From positions 63,550,001 to 63,614,000 of the forward strand of contig CM075979.1 in the NCBI GenBank assembly GCA_038087875.1: a DNA stretch of 64,000 bases, written 5' to 3'. The stretch comes from Malacoraja senta (taxonomy: Eukaryota). Made by a program: the position numbers and the translations under genes. Below the pieces are notes generated by a model, which saw only the letters and a program-made list of their open reading frames with translations, did no database searches and had not been told where the DNA came from. Below, piece after piece: positions 1 to 12,650 of the stretch (position 1 is the first letter of the stretch; each line of letters begins with the position of its first letter).

Positions 1-1934
1 CACCTGGCCCCCTATTCTACCCTGATCATAGCGGCTTACCTGCTTAGGTTCCCAGTGCTGAACACTCCCATTGTCCCAGCTTTGACTGCACACCTAGTAC
101 TATTCCAGACCTTGACTCTGGATGCACATTTGGCCTTGCTCCTAGCCCCTCTGCACTGACAATATATATAGCCCACACATAAAGCCCCATATCTGACCCC
201 CTGGACTTAACCTATTACGTTCAAGTCCACAGGTGCTTATCTAGTGCGGTAATCTTTTATGGGGCACTTCACGGACCAAATTTTGTATAACAAAATTTGC
301 TACATCCATTGGCATCCTTGTTAAATACATGCTAGTTATTTTGTCAAAGAAGTCATCAATTGGTTGAACACAATTTCTCTTCCTTAGAATTATACTCACT
401 CGGCCGTATATATTCTGTTAGCATTTCCTTCATTTTCCTAACAAACTGTCCTGAAGTCATTTTCACCCCCAATATTTTCAGTATTTTGCTGTCTTCCTCT
501 CAGCTGGGACTTTTCCGAAAATGCAAAGTCAATAACTATATATTTAAGCAATATTATTCTATTAAATGTGATCTTGAGAGTACATCATATTTTCCGTGGT
601 ATTCATAACACAACGATGATAAAAAGATCTTTGTTTTGATTGCACCTACCAACATGCATACATTATTATATTACAGGTAATATGTACCGAGGGCAAATTT
701 TTGTTCCAATGCTCCCCATTCCCAATTACTTTTACATTGAAGTGATTGAAATCCAAGTGAGTTTAAATGACATCAGAAAAATAAAACCTCCAGAATGGAT
801 GATATTCATTACGTGGTTGGTTGGAGTCAGTATCAGCACAATTACTATATTAAACTTTGAATCTTCAGATGTCCTGGTTCAAGCTAAAACTAAAGACAAA
901 TAATAACCTCCTCACACATTCCCCTGCAAGTATCTCTGTCACTCCTTTAAAATATGCCCCTTCTTTGAACAAGCTCTTAAACATCGCATCTGTATCAGTT
1001 TCCATTTGATTACACTCCTTGAGGATGTTCATCTATGTGTTCAATTAATAAAACAACGAGATTGGGGACATTTCTATTCAACCTGTCAAAAGAATTTGGG
1101 GGGGGTGGGGGTTAGAAATAGTCAGTGAGGTATACAAACATAATAGTTGAGTGGCAAATGACAACAGTGCTACCTTCCCAATATTTAACTGAAGGAAATA
1201 ATGGGTTATCGGGGCTGTATGTTGTGACAGACAGCCTAACACCTTGCATGTCATTTTAATATTACACTTATCCCATCCCCCTGGATATTCCGGATGAATA
1301 AATTAAGGTTTTGTCAACTAATTACATATCAGGCTAATTACAAATCAATCACATAAGCCAACTCCAAAACACGAAGCGCTGAGCATTGGGATCCAGACAT
1401 CATGGACAACTGGCCTCAGTTCCCTGCTCGCATCTGGCAGTGCTCTCTGCCTGAACTAGGGGCCATGGAGCGTTTTTGAAAGTGGGAGGGCTGAGTGATC
1501 ACTGATAACTTGCCTTGGGGGTATCCAGCAAGGGAGTGGAGCAACTGAGTGGGGGGAGGGTGTGGGAGGGGGGTGTCCCCCCTCCCACAGTAGGGACTTT
1601 TTGAAATTTGATGTATTAAAATCATGTTTTAGTGCAGTGTAGAAGTATGATTTCAATGTTTTTTGTTTGAATTATTTTTAAGAGGTAACTTTTTAAGGGG
1701 TAACCTTTTCCACACGAAGGGTGGTGGGTGTATGGAACAAGCTGCCAGGGGAGATAGGTTTGGAGGGATATGGACCAAAAGCAGGTAGTGTAGCTAGGAC
1801 ATGTTGGCGGATGTGAGCAAGTTGTGCTGAAGGGCCTGTTTTCACATTGTATCACTCTATGACCACATTATACCTCCACCATGCATGAATGCTTCAAAAT
1901 CAAGTGGTCGAGTTTTATTGCCATACACTCAAGC

Positions 1935-2165
1935 ATAGAAACATAGAAAATAGGTGCAGGAATAGGCCATTTGACCCTTTGACCCTTCGAGCCCAAACAT
2001 TCAGTGAATTGGCTTCCACTGCCTTCTGTGGCAGAGAATTCCACAGATTCACAACTCTCTGGGTGAAGAAAGTTTGTCCTCATCTCAGTACTAACTGGCC
2101 TACCCTTTATTCTTAAACTGTGACCCATGGTTCTGAACTCCCCCAACACTGGGAACATTTTCCTG
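1935..2165 (-). mobile_element. CR1 LINE 3' fragment
   Basis: GHSLRIKG motif and a tail similar to the copy at 20382. Confidence 0.8.
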
Positions 2166-2321
2166 CAGTTACATTAAGTGAAAATCTAGCAGGCAAGCAG
2201 GATGCTTTCACCAACCACCCCCATTTGAAGACCACTATCTTCCACCATTTCTACCCAGTGCTTGGTACCTACTTCCAGCAGCCACTGGTTGTCCTCCAGG
2301 ATGCACCGAGCCGCAGCCTGA

Positions 2322-2486
2322 AGGACCTGTCCCACTTAGGCGATCTTTTGGGCGACTACAAGCGACAGTGGCCACAATTTTTGCTGTCGGAGGTTGTCGT
2401 AGGATGTCGCGAGGTGTCATAGGTGAATCCTAGTAAAACTAGTCCCTGACAGTCGCCTAAAGGGTCGCCTCAGTGGGACAGGCCCA
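2322..2486. mobile_element. Harbinger/Tourist-type MITE
   Basis: Termini AGGACCTGTCCCACTT and AGTGGGACAGGCCCA, flanked by TGA/TAA. Confidence 0.7.
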
Positions 2487-3223
2487 TAAGTGCGTGGGAA
2501 TAGCGTAGATCAGGGGAACCACGACCAGCTCCGTCACTCGTTGTCCAGCCCACTCTCCAAGTCACTGATAGACACAAAAAGCTGGAGTAACAACCAATTT
2601 CCTCTCTGGGTCTGTGAACCGACTCCAAGCACCAGAGGCCCATTGATCTGTGGTGCTGCTCAATACGTGATTGGCTTTGTGGAGATCAGAGCCAGATGTC
2701 ACCGTGTCCCGGCACTCGGCCCTACACAGCCCTGCTAATCGGACAGGGTTAAGTTTAGAGATTCAGCGCGGAAACAGGCCCTTCGGCCCACTGAGTACGC
2801 ACCAACCAGCGATCCCCGCATATTAACACTATCCTACACACACTAGGGACAATTTACACTTATACCAAGCCAATGAACCAGACCTTCAGTCTGAAGAAGG
2901 GTCTCGACCCAAAACGTCACCCATTCCTTCCCTCCAGAGATGCTGCCTGACCCGCTGAGTTACTCGGTTTAAACCAGCATCTGCAGTTCCTTCCTACACG
3001 TGTACCTGTCCAAATGCCGTTTAAATGTCATTGTGGTAATTTCAAGTGTAGAATGAAGACAAGAGTGTTTAGTTGTTGTGTGCAGCGACATCAGAACAAT
3101 GACATTCTCAGTTGCTGCACCTTAACAGGCAGCAACACACAGATACATGTAAATAGATTGATTTAGTTTGTAGCGAGGTACAAGGAAAATCTTTTGTTGC
3201 AATGCAAGCAAGCCACTCACAAT

Positions 3224-4260
3224 AGCAATGTTACAAAATTTTGACATTTTAAAAATAGTCTGCAATTTATCCCATCAGATAAAGCATAAAAATAAGTTGA
3301 ATTTGACACCTAATTCACTTTCATATCTTCAGTATTAAAAAAGTTATGGCCATTTTCATAGTCGGAAATTAGCATCTTGTTCCCTATTGCTTTTCCATTG
3401 ACCTAACACAAAAGCTGTGATCGAGGACAGTCAAAAGCCCATAACTTTCTTAAAAATTAAGAGAACTGAAAGAAATGTTCAGTTATTATAGATTGAAGCA
3501 TTCTGAAACAAATATGAAACAATCTTATTTAGATGACATGAAATTAAAGCATATAATTAGTTAGTTACCTAATTGTAGCTAATTACAAAATTCAATTACT
3601 AGATCTAAACATCTATCAATTTCTTAAGAATAGATGAACATTTTTAAATAGCCTAAGTGTCCAAATAACATTCACACAAAAATTCACAATATAACATAAT
3701 TTTTAAATCTCATTGTCATGGATTTACAGGCCAAATGGAAGGAATTTAATGTTTAATACCTGTAAATTAATGGACATTTAAAACATTTTGCGAGTGAGGA
3801 TTTCTGGAACGCGATCATTTGGAACGTTGATTTGCGGTGAATTCAACCCCGTATCGGCATGAAAAATGCTGCCGTTAGTTCGGGGAATAAAATCACCGTT
3901 TCGCATGAAAAAATGTGAATTAAAGGCTTCTTAAGAAGCACTTTTATACATTAAAATAAACCACTTTCGTTTACCTGTCCCGTACGTGAAATCCGTCCCC
4001 GTTGTTGGCGTTGACGGCTTCAGAAGCTGATTTGAAAATGACTGCAGCGCTGAAATTGTCGGGAGATTAAAAAAAAAAAAACTCAAAACGCCCCTCGGAA
4101 CGATTCTTCCGCAAAAGCTTGTTCTCCAACGAAATATAATACAGGACAAGGTAGGAGAAACCCGCGTTTTAACCCCGCCCCCCCTCAAAGGCGCCAAAAT
4201 CGCGCACACGGCCAGTGACAGAATTACAGCGCCACTGAAGGTAAGTATTGTAACATACCT
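3224..4260. mobile_element. Non-autonomous TIR element with a 9-bp TSD
   Basis: ACTCACAAT at 3215-3223 and 4261-4269. Imperfect TIRs AGCAATGTTACAA and TTGTAACATACCT. Confidence 0.75.
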
Positions 4261-4392
4261 ACTCACAATGTACAGATAAAAGAGAACGGGCGCAACATAT
4301 ATAATCAATAACACAATGGATTAATCATCAGTAATATTGGGTAATTTATCCCGGTATATCAGCGGAGGCCCAAGTATTAGCATTACAATTAA

Positions 4393-4683
4393 TGCCCCAC
4401 AGCACCGGAGACCCGGGTTCGATCCTGGTCTCGGGTGCTGTCTGTGGGGAGTTTGCACGTTCTCCCTGTGACCGTGTGGGTTTCCTCCGGGTGCTCCAGT
4501 TTTCTCCCACATCCCAAAGACGTGCGGGTTTGTAGGTTAATTGGCCCTCTGTAAATTGCCCCCTAGTGCGTAGGACGTGGATGAGAAAGTGGGATAACAT
4601 AGAACCAGTGTGAACGGGTGATCGATGGTCGGCACGGACTCGAGGGGCCAAAGGGCCTGTTTCCACGCTGTATCTTTGAACTA
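4393..4683 (+). mobile_element. tRNA-derived SINE (HE1/V-SINE-like)
   Basis: B box GGTTCGATCC, V-domain-like GGAGTTTGCACGTTCTCCC...GGGTTTCCTCCGGGTGCTCC and a CR1-like tail. Confidence 0.85.
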
Positions 4684-5282
4684 ATTATAATATTGAACAA
4701 ATCAAGACTTACCTATCGGATTTGAACATGAACAATATTATCCCAAGGTTGCAGAGTATTTGAATGGCATTTACTGCATAATCCCTGAGGTTATTCTTTG
4801 TAAAGTGAAGGGCAAAGTTCATCTCTACAAGTTTCATTTTCTGAAGTTAATTGGTAGTTTATATTTACCATCTTGCCTTTGCTTATTTGTTCCCACGATG
4901 CATGAATCCAAGACTTACATTTAAAGATGAACAAAATATAAATTTAAAGACGGATATCAACTAATTTCCCCGATTGAGTATGAATATCGATTTCTTTAAC
5001 ATCCCCTCTCTCTCCGTCCCTCCCCCACCCGATTACTACCTGGTACTAGCTTCAAAGTCGTCTTGTTGGTTCTCATTCTGTGAGAAGGGACTGCAGATGC
5101 TGGTTTAAACCGAAGAGACACAAAAATGCTGGAGCAACTCAGCGGGACAGGCAGCATCTCTGGAGAGAAGGAATGGGTGACGTTTGGGGTCGAAACCCTT
5201 CTAAAGCTTTCGGGTAGAGACCCTTCAGGGTCAAGACCAGAAACATCACCCATTCCTTCTCTCCAGAGACGCTGCCTGATCC

Positions 5283-5640
5283 ATGGCGAATTTGGCACAG
5301 AGACTAACGGCAGCGGCACAACGCTTCCGACGCATCCGACTCTTGCACCGAGGCTGCTACATGGCCAGAGCTGCAGCGAGCGACTCGCCAGCCCGGCAAA
5401 CACTCACCAGCCCCGGCTTCCCGTCTGCATCTGCCCCCGCCGCTGCTTCTGCTTCCATCCCTCCCTCAGCACCGGCTCTCCAACACCCGCGGCCCGTGCA
5501 GCTGGTATGAGTTTTGAAATTCTCGTTGATCACAGAATTTCTCACGACAGAGCGTGAGAAATTTGTGATCAGCGTGAGAGCGTGAGAATTTGTCGAAATG
5601 CGTGAGTCTCGCGCTCAAAGTGTGAGAGTTGGCAGCCCTG
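5283..5640. mobile_element. hAT-like element, one end only
   Basis: Ends in GTTGGCAGCCCTG (reverse complement CAGGGCTGCCAAC) with subterminal GCGTGAG repeats. Confidence 0.5.
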
Positions 5641-5644
5641 TCTT

Positions 5645-6470
5645 AGAAGTAGAATTAGTCCTTTCGGCCCATCGAATCTACTCTGCCATTCAATCATTGT
5701 TGATCTCTGCCACATAATCCCATTTTCCTACCTTCTACCCGTAATCCTTGACACCCTTTCTAATCAAGAACTTGTCTATCTCTGCCTTAAAAATATCCAC
5801 TGACATGGCCTCGACAGCCCTCTGTGGCAATGAGTTCCACAGATTAACTACCCTCTGACCAAAGAAGTTTCTCCTCACCTTTTTAAAAGAGTGCCCTTTA
5901 ATTCCGAGGCTATGACCTCTGGTGCTAAACTCTCCCAACAGTGGAAACATCCTTTCCACATCCATTCTATCTATGCTTTTCATTATTCTGTAAGTTTTAA
6001 TGAGGTCCCCCCTCAACCTTCTAAACTCCAGCGAGTAGAGGCACAGTGCTGTCAAACGCTCATCATATGCTAACCCACTTATTCCTGGAATCATTCTTGT
6101 AAACCTCCTCTGGAGCCTCTCCAGAGCCAGCATATCCTTCTTCAGATATTTGCTCACAGTACTCCAAATGCGGCCTAACCAGTGCCTTCTAGAGCCTCAG
6201 CATTACATCTCTGTTTTTGTATTCCGGTCCTCTTGATATAAATGCTAGCATTGAATTTGCCTTCCTTACTACCGATCTGACTTGCAAATTAACTTTTTGG
6301 AATCCCGCACCAGCACTACCAAGTGCCTTTGCACCTCCGATTTCTGGATTCTCTCGCCATTTAGAAAAGAATCTATGCCTTTATTCTTATTACCAAAAGG
6401 CATGACTCCGCACTTTGCTATACTGAATTTCATCTGCCACTTCTCTGCGCACTCTCCTAACTGGTCTGTT
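5645..6470 (-). mobile_element. CR1 LINE 3' fragment
   Basis: LERLQRRFTRMIPG, RRLRGDLI and RVVNLWNSLP. Confidence 0.9.
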
Positions 6471-7025
6471 CTTCTGCAGAGTTCTTGCTTCATCTACACT
6501 GCCTTTTACATTATCCTCTACATTACCTTTATTATAAGATTCCTAGGGTCACAATCATGTAGAATATTAGAAGAAAATTGATCTTTCCAAGATCACAGAT
6601 CTTTTTGCATTACCTGTGATCACAGGAAATTAAGTTATCAGGAACTTTGCTAGATATAATGACAGTTTTTAGCTTTGCGCTTTGAACAGATAACATTTAC
6701 CCATTGCTTCCACAGGACAAAGCACACAATATATTTTTCAACCATTATCTAATTTTAACCATCTGCATTCCATCGTGTAATGAAAAAAGTTATTTAAAAA
6801 TGCTTTGATTTTACTTCGGAGTCACTTGAGTGACTATGTGAAGAGCCCGTCAGCATGCATGCGCATCATTACGTCTAACGCATGGCGCGCTGACTGGCTG
6901 GCTGGCTGGCTGGCGCGCAGCTCCAGCAGCGGTCCTTTTAAAAGACCTCAGGTGAGAATGGAAACTCAGCTGCGGTGGAAAATGTTTTCTTGTCGTTACA
7001 GGGTGGATAACGCGAGGGTGAAGGC

Positions 7026-8189
7026 ATGCAAGGCTGCAGGGAGAACCGCTTCGGAGGACCGTGGGAGTACGGTCAGCGGTCGGCAGTCCGTTTCACCATC
7101 GCGGTCGTTGCCAGCTGCACAGCCAGCGACTTTGAGCTCGGTGCCCATGGACAGCATTTTGCATACCCCGCGGGGAAAGCAAAGTGCAAGTCCAACAGGC
7201 CTGTAGACTCGGAAGAGTCTGGCTGGGAGGATTCGCCTCCCAGAGTGGGAAGGTTGGCTGGACACCTCTCCCAAATAGAGCAGCTCATGGAGAGACTGCT
7301 CCAACAAAATATGCTCCGTGGTCGGGAGTCGTACCACAGCAGGGCTTGGGAACCTGCAGCAGCACCTCTTGAAGGGCTGCATGACGTCTCCCCATCCGAA
7401 GATGGGAGTGGAGACGAGTCCTGTGGGGACGACCGGTCGATGCGGGACCCGCGGGAAGCTGAGGTACCCGGAATGATTTCCAACTTTACGGTGCCGTCGC
7501 TTGTTGGAGATCAGCTGGAGGAAGAGCTGGCGGCAAGTATAAAATATCTGGTCTCCCACCAGCTGCAGGAGCAGGTCACCATGGAGACAACCATGCGGTA
7601 TCACGCACCCAGCAACTGTGCGTCCCTGAAGGTACCGGTGGTAAATAGTTCCATATGGAACCACATTGGGAGCGGTATTAAGTCCCAAGAACTGAAGCTC
7701 CAGAGAATCCTGAATCTGCTGGGGTCAGGTCTGACAGCTTTCGCCAGGTCACTGGATGGCTCCACATTATCAGATGCGCAGCGGGACGCAATGGCATTGT
7801 TGTGCAATGCACATTTTGAGATCAATTGTTTTCGGAAAAATGCCATTTGTCCCGTTCTCAACCCCAAGTTTGCGGGGTTGTACAAAGCTAGTAATGTGCA
7901 GCCACCAAACTTGCTGTTTGGGGATGACCTGTCCAGGCAGGTGAAAGACCTCGATGAGGAGTCAAAGGCTGTGGGGCTTCTTCGGGCTCCACCAGGGAAC
8001 AAGCCGTCGTCATTCCGCCATTTCCAGCCTTATTCTGTACCCAGCACAAGACCGGCTGCGCAACCAATGAGGTCGGGAAGAACCGGACGCAAGTCCTTTT
8101 TAGGGCAAGGACCGAGTCGACCCACTACAAAGTTGCACAGCTACCGTCCACAAGCACCCCAAAACCTCAAACATCGGGGAAGGGAATAA
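7026..8189 (+). CDS. DIRS ORF1 (gag-like), open 387 aa
   Basis: Long open ORF with DIRS ORF1-type motifs (PSNCxxLKVPxVNxxIW, LFGDDL), directly upstream of the pol remnant. Confidence 0.75.
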   Translation: MQGCRENRFGGPWEYGQRSAVRFTIAVVASCTASDFELGAHGQHFAYPAGKAKCKSNRPVDSEESGWEDSPPRVGRLAGHLSQIEQLMERLLQQNMLRGRESYHSRAWEPAAAPLEGLHDVSPSEDGSGDESCGDDRSMRDPREAEVPGMISNFTVPSLVGDQLEEELAASIKYLVSHQLQEQVTMETTMRYHAPSNCASLKVPVVNSSIWNHIGSGIKSQELKLQRILNLLGSGLTAFARSLDGSTLSDAQRDAMALLCNAHFEINCFRKNAICPVLNPKFAGLYKASNVQPPNLLFGDDLSRQVKDLDEESKAVGLLRAPPGNKPSSFRHFQPYSVPSTRPAAQPMRSGRTGRKSFLGQGPSRPTTKLHSYRPQAPQNLKHRGRE

Positions 8190-9769
8190 CTGGCCAGAAT
8201 CCATCTAGTACGGAGGTAGGTGGGTCTGGTTCACATTGTAACATACCGAGTGTAGAGCTATTACATGTTGGTGGTAGGTTACGTTTCTTTTTGCATGAGT
8301 GGCGTTGGATTACTTCTGATTTGTTCATACTGTATAGTGTTGAAGGGTTTAAAATAGAATTTACGGGCACGTTGCCACCCACGCAGCATGTTCCAAGTCG
8401 TACCTTTTTGCATTTGCTGAAATTGAAACTCTGTGTGAAAAAAGGGTAATTGAGAAAACCAGGCATGAGCCACACCAGTTTGTGTCCAATATTTTCACTA
8501 GAGAAAAGAAGGATGGGGGGTGCCGCATTATGTTGGATTTAACCCAAATTAAACACTTTTGTGCAGTACAAACATTTCAAAATGGAAAGCTTTGTTACGG
8601 CGAAACATTTGATTTCCAGGGGGTGTTATATGGCATGTATTGATCTCAAGGATGCTTATTATTCGATCCCTATTCACAAAGAACACAGGCAGTACCTGAA
8701 GTTTAGCTGGATGGGGCAGTTATGGCAATTTAAAGCCAATCACCTGGTTGTAACTTTGCCCGAGGGCAAGAGATTGAAGTTAATAGAGTCCTGCAGCAAT
8801 ATGATTACACATCAGCTGCCTTCAATTCGACAAGTGGCAAGTTTAATTGGGAAATTGGTTGCTGCATTTCCAGCAGTAAAATTTGGGCCTCTTCATTATC
8901 AGCAATTGCAAAGATCCAAGGTGCAAGCATTTAAAAGGAATTTGGGCCATTATCGGTTGAGGCAATTGATGAGCTCCAGTGGTGGATATTCAACCTTGAC
9001 CATTGTTCTGGCAACATTTCAATTGAAAACCATTCAATGGTATTACAGACTGATGCAAGTGTTTTAGGTTGGGGAGCCACTGACACCCTTTCTAGCTGTG
9101 GTGGCTGATGGACTGTGCATGAACTATCTTTTCTACAGGTGCATGGGGTTAACTATTTGGAGTTGCTTGCAGCCTTCTGTGGTCTGAAAGCTTATTGTGC
9201 ACACATGCAGCAGCTGCATGTTCAGTTACAGATAGATAATACTACTGCTGCAGCTTACATAAATCACATGGGTGGTATCAAGTCAGTATCCTGTGATAAA
9301 TTGGCAAACCTCATTTGGCACTGGTGCATTATTCGGAATATTTGGGTTTCAGCAATCTACCTACCAGGTAGATTCAACACAGTGGCGGACACCAGGTCAC
9401 GTAAATTCAATGACAACACAGAATGGATATTGAATCATAGAGTATTTACCGAACTATGTTTCGTGGGAACCAGACCCAGGGGCTGTAGCTGTAGACGCGT
9501 TCTCGCTACATTGGGGAGGAATGTTTTTCTACGCATTCCCCCCATTCTGCCTTGTCACTCGCTGTCTGCAAAAGATTCAGCAAGACTCTGCCTCTGGCAT
9601 TCTGGTAGTCCCTGATTGGCCCACTCAGCCATGGTACCCGCTTGTTCTCGGCATGGTGGTACAACCAGTCTGGAGGATAACCAAACACAAGTCGTTGTTG
9701 ACTAACCCCTGTTCCGGTGAAGTGCATCCTCTGCATGATCGAATCAAAATGTTAATTTGCAGGTTTTGA
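8180..9769 (+). pseudogene. DIRS pol remnant: RT (catalytic core deleted), RNase H, methyltransferase-like domain
   Basis: Motifs VGGRL..F...W, IDLKDAYYSIPI, TDAS..GWGA, NYLELLAA, DNTTAAAYINHMGG and YAFPPF...VVPDWPTQPWY. Several frameshifts; the LPxG/YLDD segment is absent. Confidence 0.88.
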
Positions 9770-10742
9770 GAAGACCTTTCCTTGGGCTGGGACTAGTTGA
9801 GCGTACGGTGGATGTTTTAACTGCGGCATGGAGAAGCAGTACACAGAAACAATATGCATTGTATATCAGGAAATGGGAATTGTTTTGTGCACAGTACAAT
9901 ATACTGTATGACGAAGTGCATATCACACATGTTCTGGAGTTTCTCTCACATTTATACCACTATAAGTTATAGTGCAATAAATAGTGCCAGGAGTGCTCTT
10001 TTGACATATTTACATTCAGGTTCACAACAACTGGCTGTGGGATCGCATGCATTAATTTCTAAATTCATGAAGGGAGTTTTCAATTCTAACCCTCCCAGGC
10101 CGATACACAGAAATTTGGGATGTAGGGGTGGTTCTTAAATCACTACGTTCATGGGCTCCACCATCTTCCCTGTCTCTACTCCAGCTGACGCACAAGGTGG
10201 TCATGCTGATGGCTTTAGTGTCGGCTCAGAGGGTCCAATCCTTGCAAAAGCTATGGTTGGATAGTATGCTCACTTCGGACAGTGGGTTCACCTTTTTCGT
10301 TTACGACGACATTAAACAAAGTAGACCAGGGTCCTCGGGGCTTAAATTACAGTTCATAGCATATCCTTTGGATCCCGAGTTGTGTGTAGTTCGTTACCTC
10401 AGACAATATATCAAAGTTACCAAACAGCTTAGAGGTTCGGAGCTAGCACTACTAATCAGCCATAAGAAGCCACACAAGAGTGTCTCTACCCAGACCATTT
10501 CCAGGTGGCTCAAACTAGTTCTAGCCCATTCAGGTGTTGATACTAAAATGTTCAAATTTCATTCCACCAGGGCTGCAGCTATGTCCGCAGCAAGAAGCAT
10601 GGACGTTCCACTGGACCAGATTCTGTCGGCCGCAGGGTGGTCCTCAGCACGCACGTTCCAAATGTTTTATAATAAACCTTTAGCGAGAACGAGCGTGTTT
10701 GCTAACTCAGTTTTAAGTTCTATTGTAGTCCCTCTCGGGTAG
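9757..10742 (+). pseudogene. DIRS tyrosine recombinase (N-terminus frameshifted, catalytic domain 10128-10742 open)
   Basis: Catalytic motifs: R in SAQRVQ, HSTR (HxxR), AAGWSS and TFQMFY. Confidence 0.9.
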
Positions 10743-10890
10743 AGAGGTGACCACTGTTGTTTTGCTTTGTTTTCCATTAAATTGTTACTGTTCGAATACC
10801 ATGACTGAACAGTTTCCATTATTCGTTTGTCAACTATACAGTGTGTGACGCATGGATTCGTTCCACGGCATGGAGTCAGAGCTTTAAAAT

Positions 10891-11002
10891 CTTCACTTAG
10901 TCACTCACGTGACTCCGAAGTAAAATAGTAAGATTAAATGACAACTTACCAGTTTGAAGTTTGATCTTTATTTTATGCGGAGTTACGATGAGTGATTACG
11001 TG
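10891..11002 (+). repeat. DIRS internal complementary region (ICR)
   Basis: 10891-10926 is the reverse complement of the left terminus 6808-6843. 10922-11002 is the reverse complement of the right terminus 11147-11227. Confidence 0.9.
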
Positions 11003-12650
11003 CCCTCCACTCCCAAACCCTTCCTCATAAAGCTAACTGGTATTTCTAGTGTCTTGAATCTTACTATTCTCAGGTCAATCGGTTCCTGTCTGTGACTCCA
11101 CACCGCTGCTTTGAAGGTTGATGCGCATGCGTGCTGACGGGCTCTTCACGTAATCCCTCATTGTAACTCCTCATAAAATAAAGATCAAACTTCAAACTGG
11201 TAAGTTCTCGTTTAATCTTACTATTTTCACACCTTCACCAATGTGAATTTGTTGCTGCCGATTTTTAATATTCTGTCACTCAGATCTGTCAATTGTAACC
11301 TTGTGTTAAATTATTTTCAAATATTAGTAAAGTTATGTAATGTTTGCAAATTCTCTAGATGTTTTTCATCGGGTCCATTTCCATTTGTGATTATTTTAAC
11401 AAAAACCATTGGAACATAGCAGCTTTAGGAATTGATTTATTGTTCAAGTTGAGATTTTAAAAAAGCTTGACTATATTAAGTGATGCTTATGGGATGGGAA
11501 CTGGGTATCAATTATTTGTTTACCTTCAGTTCTCAGGTTCAGCTTCAAAACTGTATTTAATCTAGGTCAAATAAGGTGAAGGGTCTCAACTATCTATTTC
11601 CCTCCACACATGTTGCCCGACCCACTGAGTTCTTTCAGTTACTGTAGTGGCCATTTGGCCTGTTTTGCATGTCATTGATGATGGCATGTGCCTTTAAATT
11701 TTAGACTGCCCGTTATATTGTGGGTGGGATTTATGATGTTTTTGAGCGTGTTTGGAGCTTAGATGTTTGCGCAGGAGTTTAGTTTTTAGATTAGTTTGGA
11801 GAGACGATGGGGAAGGTTAAACCTTCTACCATGCGGGCCACATGCCAGATCTTGCCAGTGTTATGGAGACACGAGGAGTTTTCTAATGTCTAAAGTAATA
11901 AGCTGGAGTTCGAAGAAGATTGTAGTAACGAGTCGGAAGAAGTTTGGATGTATCTCACTGTTTTCTATCAACAATAAAGCATTTATTCATCAAAAGACTG
12001 TGTTGAAACCATATCTGAGAAGAAACTCTGAAGGTCTCTGTGAGTGAGCTCGCATGCGTTTAGAAGACACCCCCTTCAACCATTCTCATCCAAATAGCGG
12101 CTAGGGTGCTAATTACCTGAAAGATATGAAAATCTGCCGTTAGTTACTTTCATTCTTTTTTGTTTGCTATTGGTGACTGGAGTACTAGAACAACCAAGTC
12201 TTTTGACATCAACATTTCCCAATTTCTCACCATTTAAATAGTGTTCTGTCATTTTGTTTTTCCTACTGAAGTTGATAAATTCTCACCATCATAGGAATCT
12301 ATAATAATCACTGCCTCAAAAAGGCATTAACAGAGACCCACACCACTCTGGCCACACTCTCATTTAATTCCTGCCATTGGGAAGAAGATATAGGCAGGCA
12401 CCTGAAAACTGTAATGTCCAGGTTTAGAGCAGCTTCTTCCCAACAACCATCAGGTTATTAAACATTACAACCTCCAACTAGGCTCTGAACTATAGGCTTG
12501 GGGCCATTGGTTTTGTTTTATTATTTGTTGTTTACAGAGTACTGTTTATACATCGGTTGTACTGCTGCAAGTAAGAATGTTATTGTTCTATTTCAGGACG
12601 TATGACCATAAATCACTCTTGATTTATGCATGTTATCGTGTTATAGTGAA

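Larger units (their letters stand above)
6808..11227 (+). mobile_element. DIRS1-like tyrosine-recombinase retrotransposon, full terminal structure, internally deleted
   Basis: gag-like ORF, RT/RNaseH/MT remnants and YR ORF. Inverted terminal repeats (6838-6868 vs 11119-11149). Internal complementary region 10891-11002. ATTTT at both ends. Confidence 0.92.

Noticed and set aside
1455-1680. Possible hAT-type MITE end with G-runs
   Set aside because: No matching second terminus or TSD found, so too weak to call.
4400-4440. tRNA gene
   Set aside because: Only the B box of a SINE head; no cloverleaf.
6996-7688. 230-aa antisense ORF
   Set aside because: Shadow of DIRS ORF1 on the opposite strand, with no independent support.
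10128-10742. Phage integrase or bacterial contamination
   Set aside because: Embedded in canonical DIRS architecture within vertebrate repeats.
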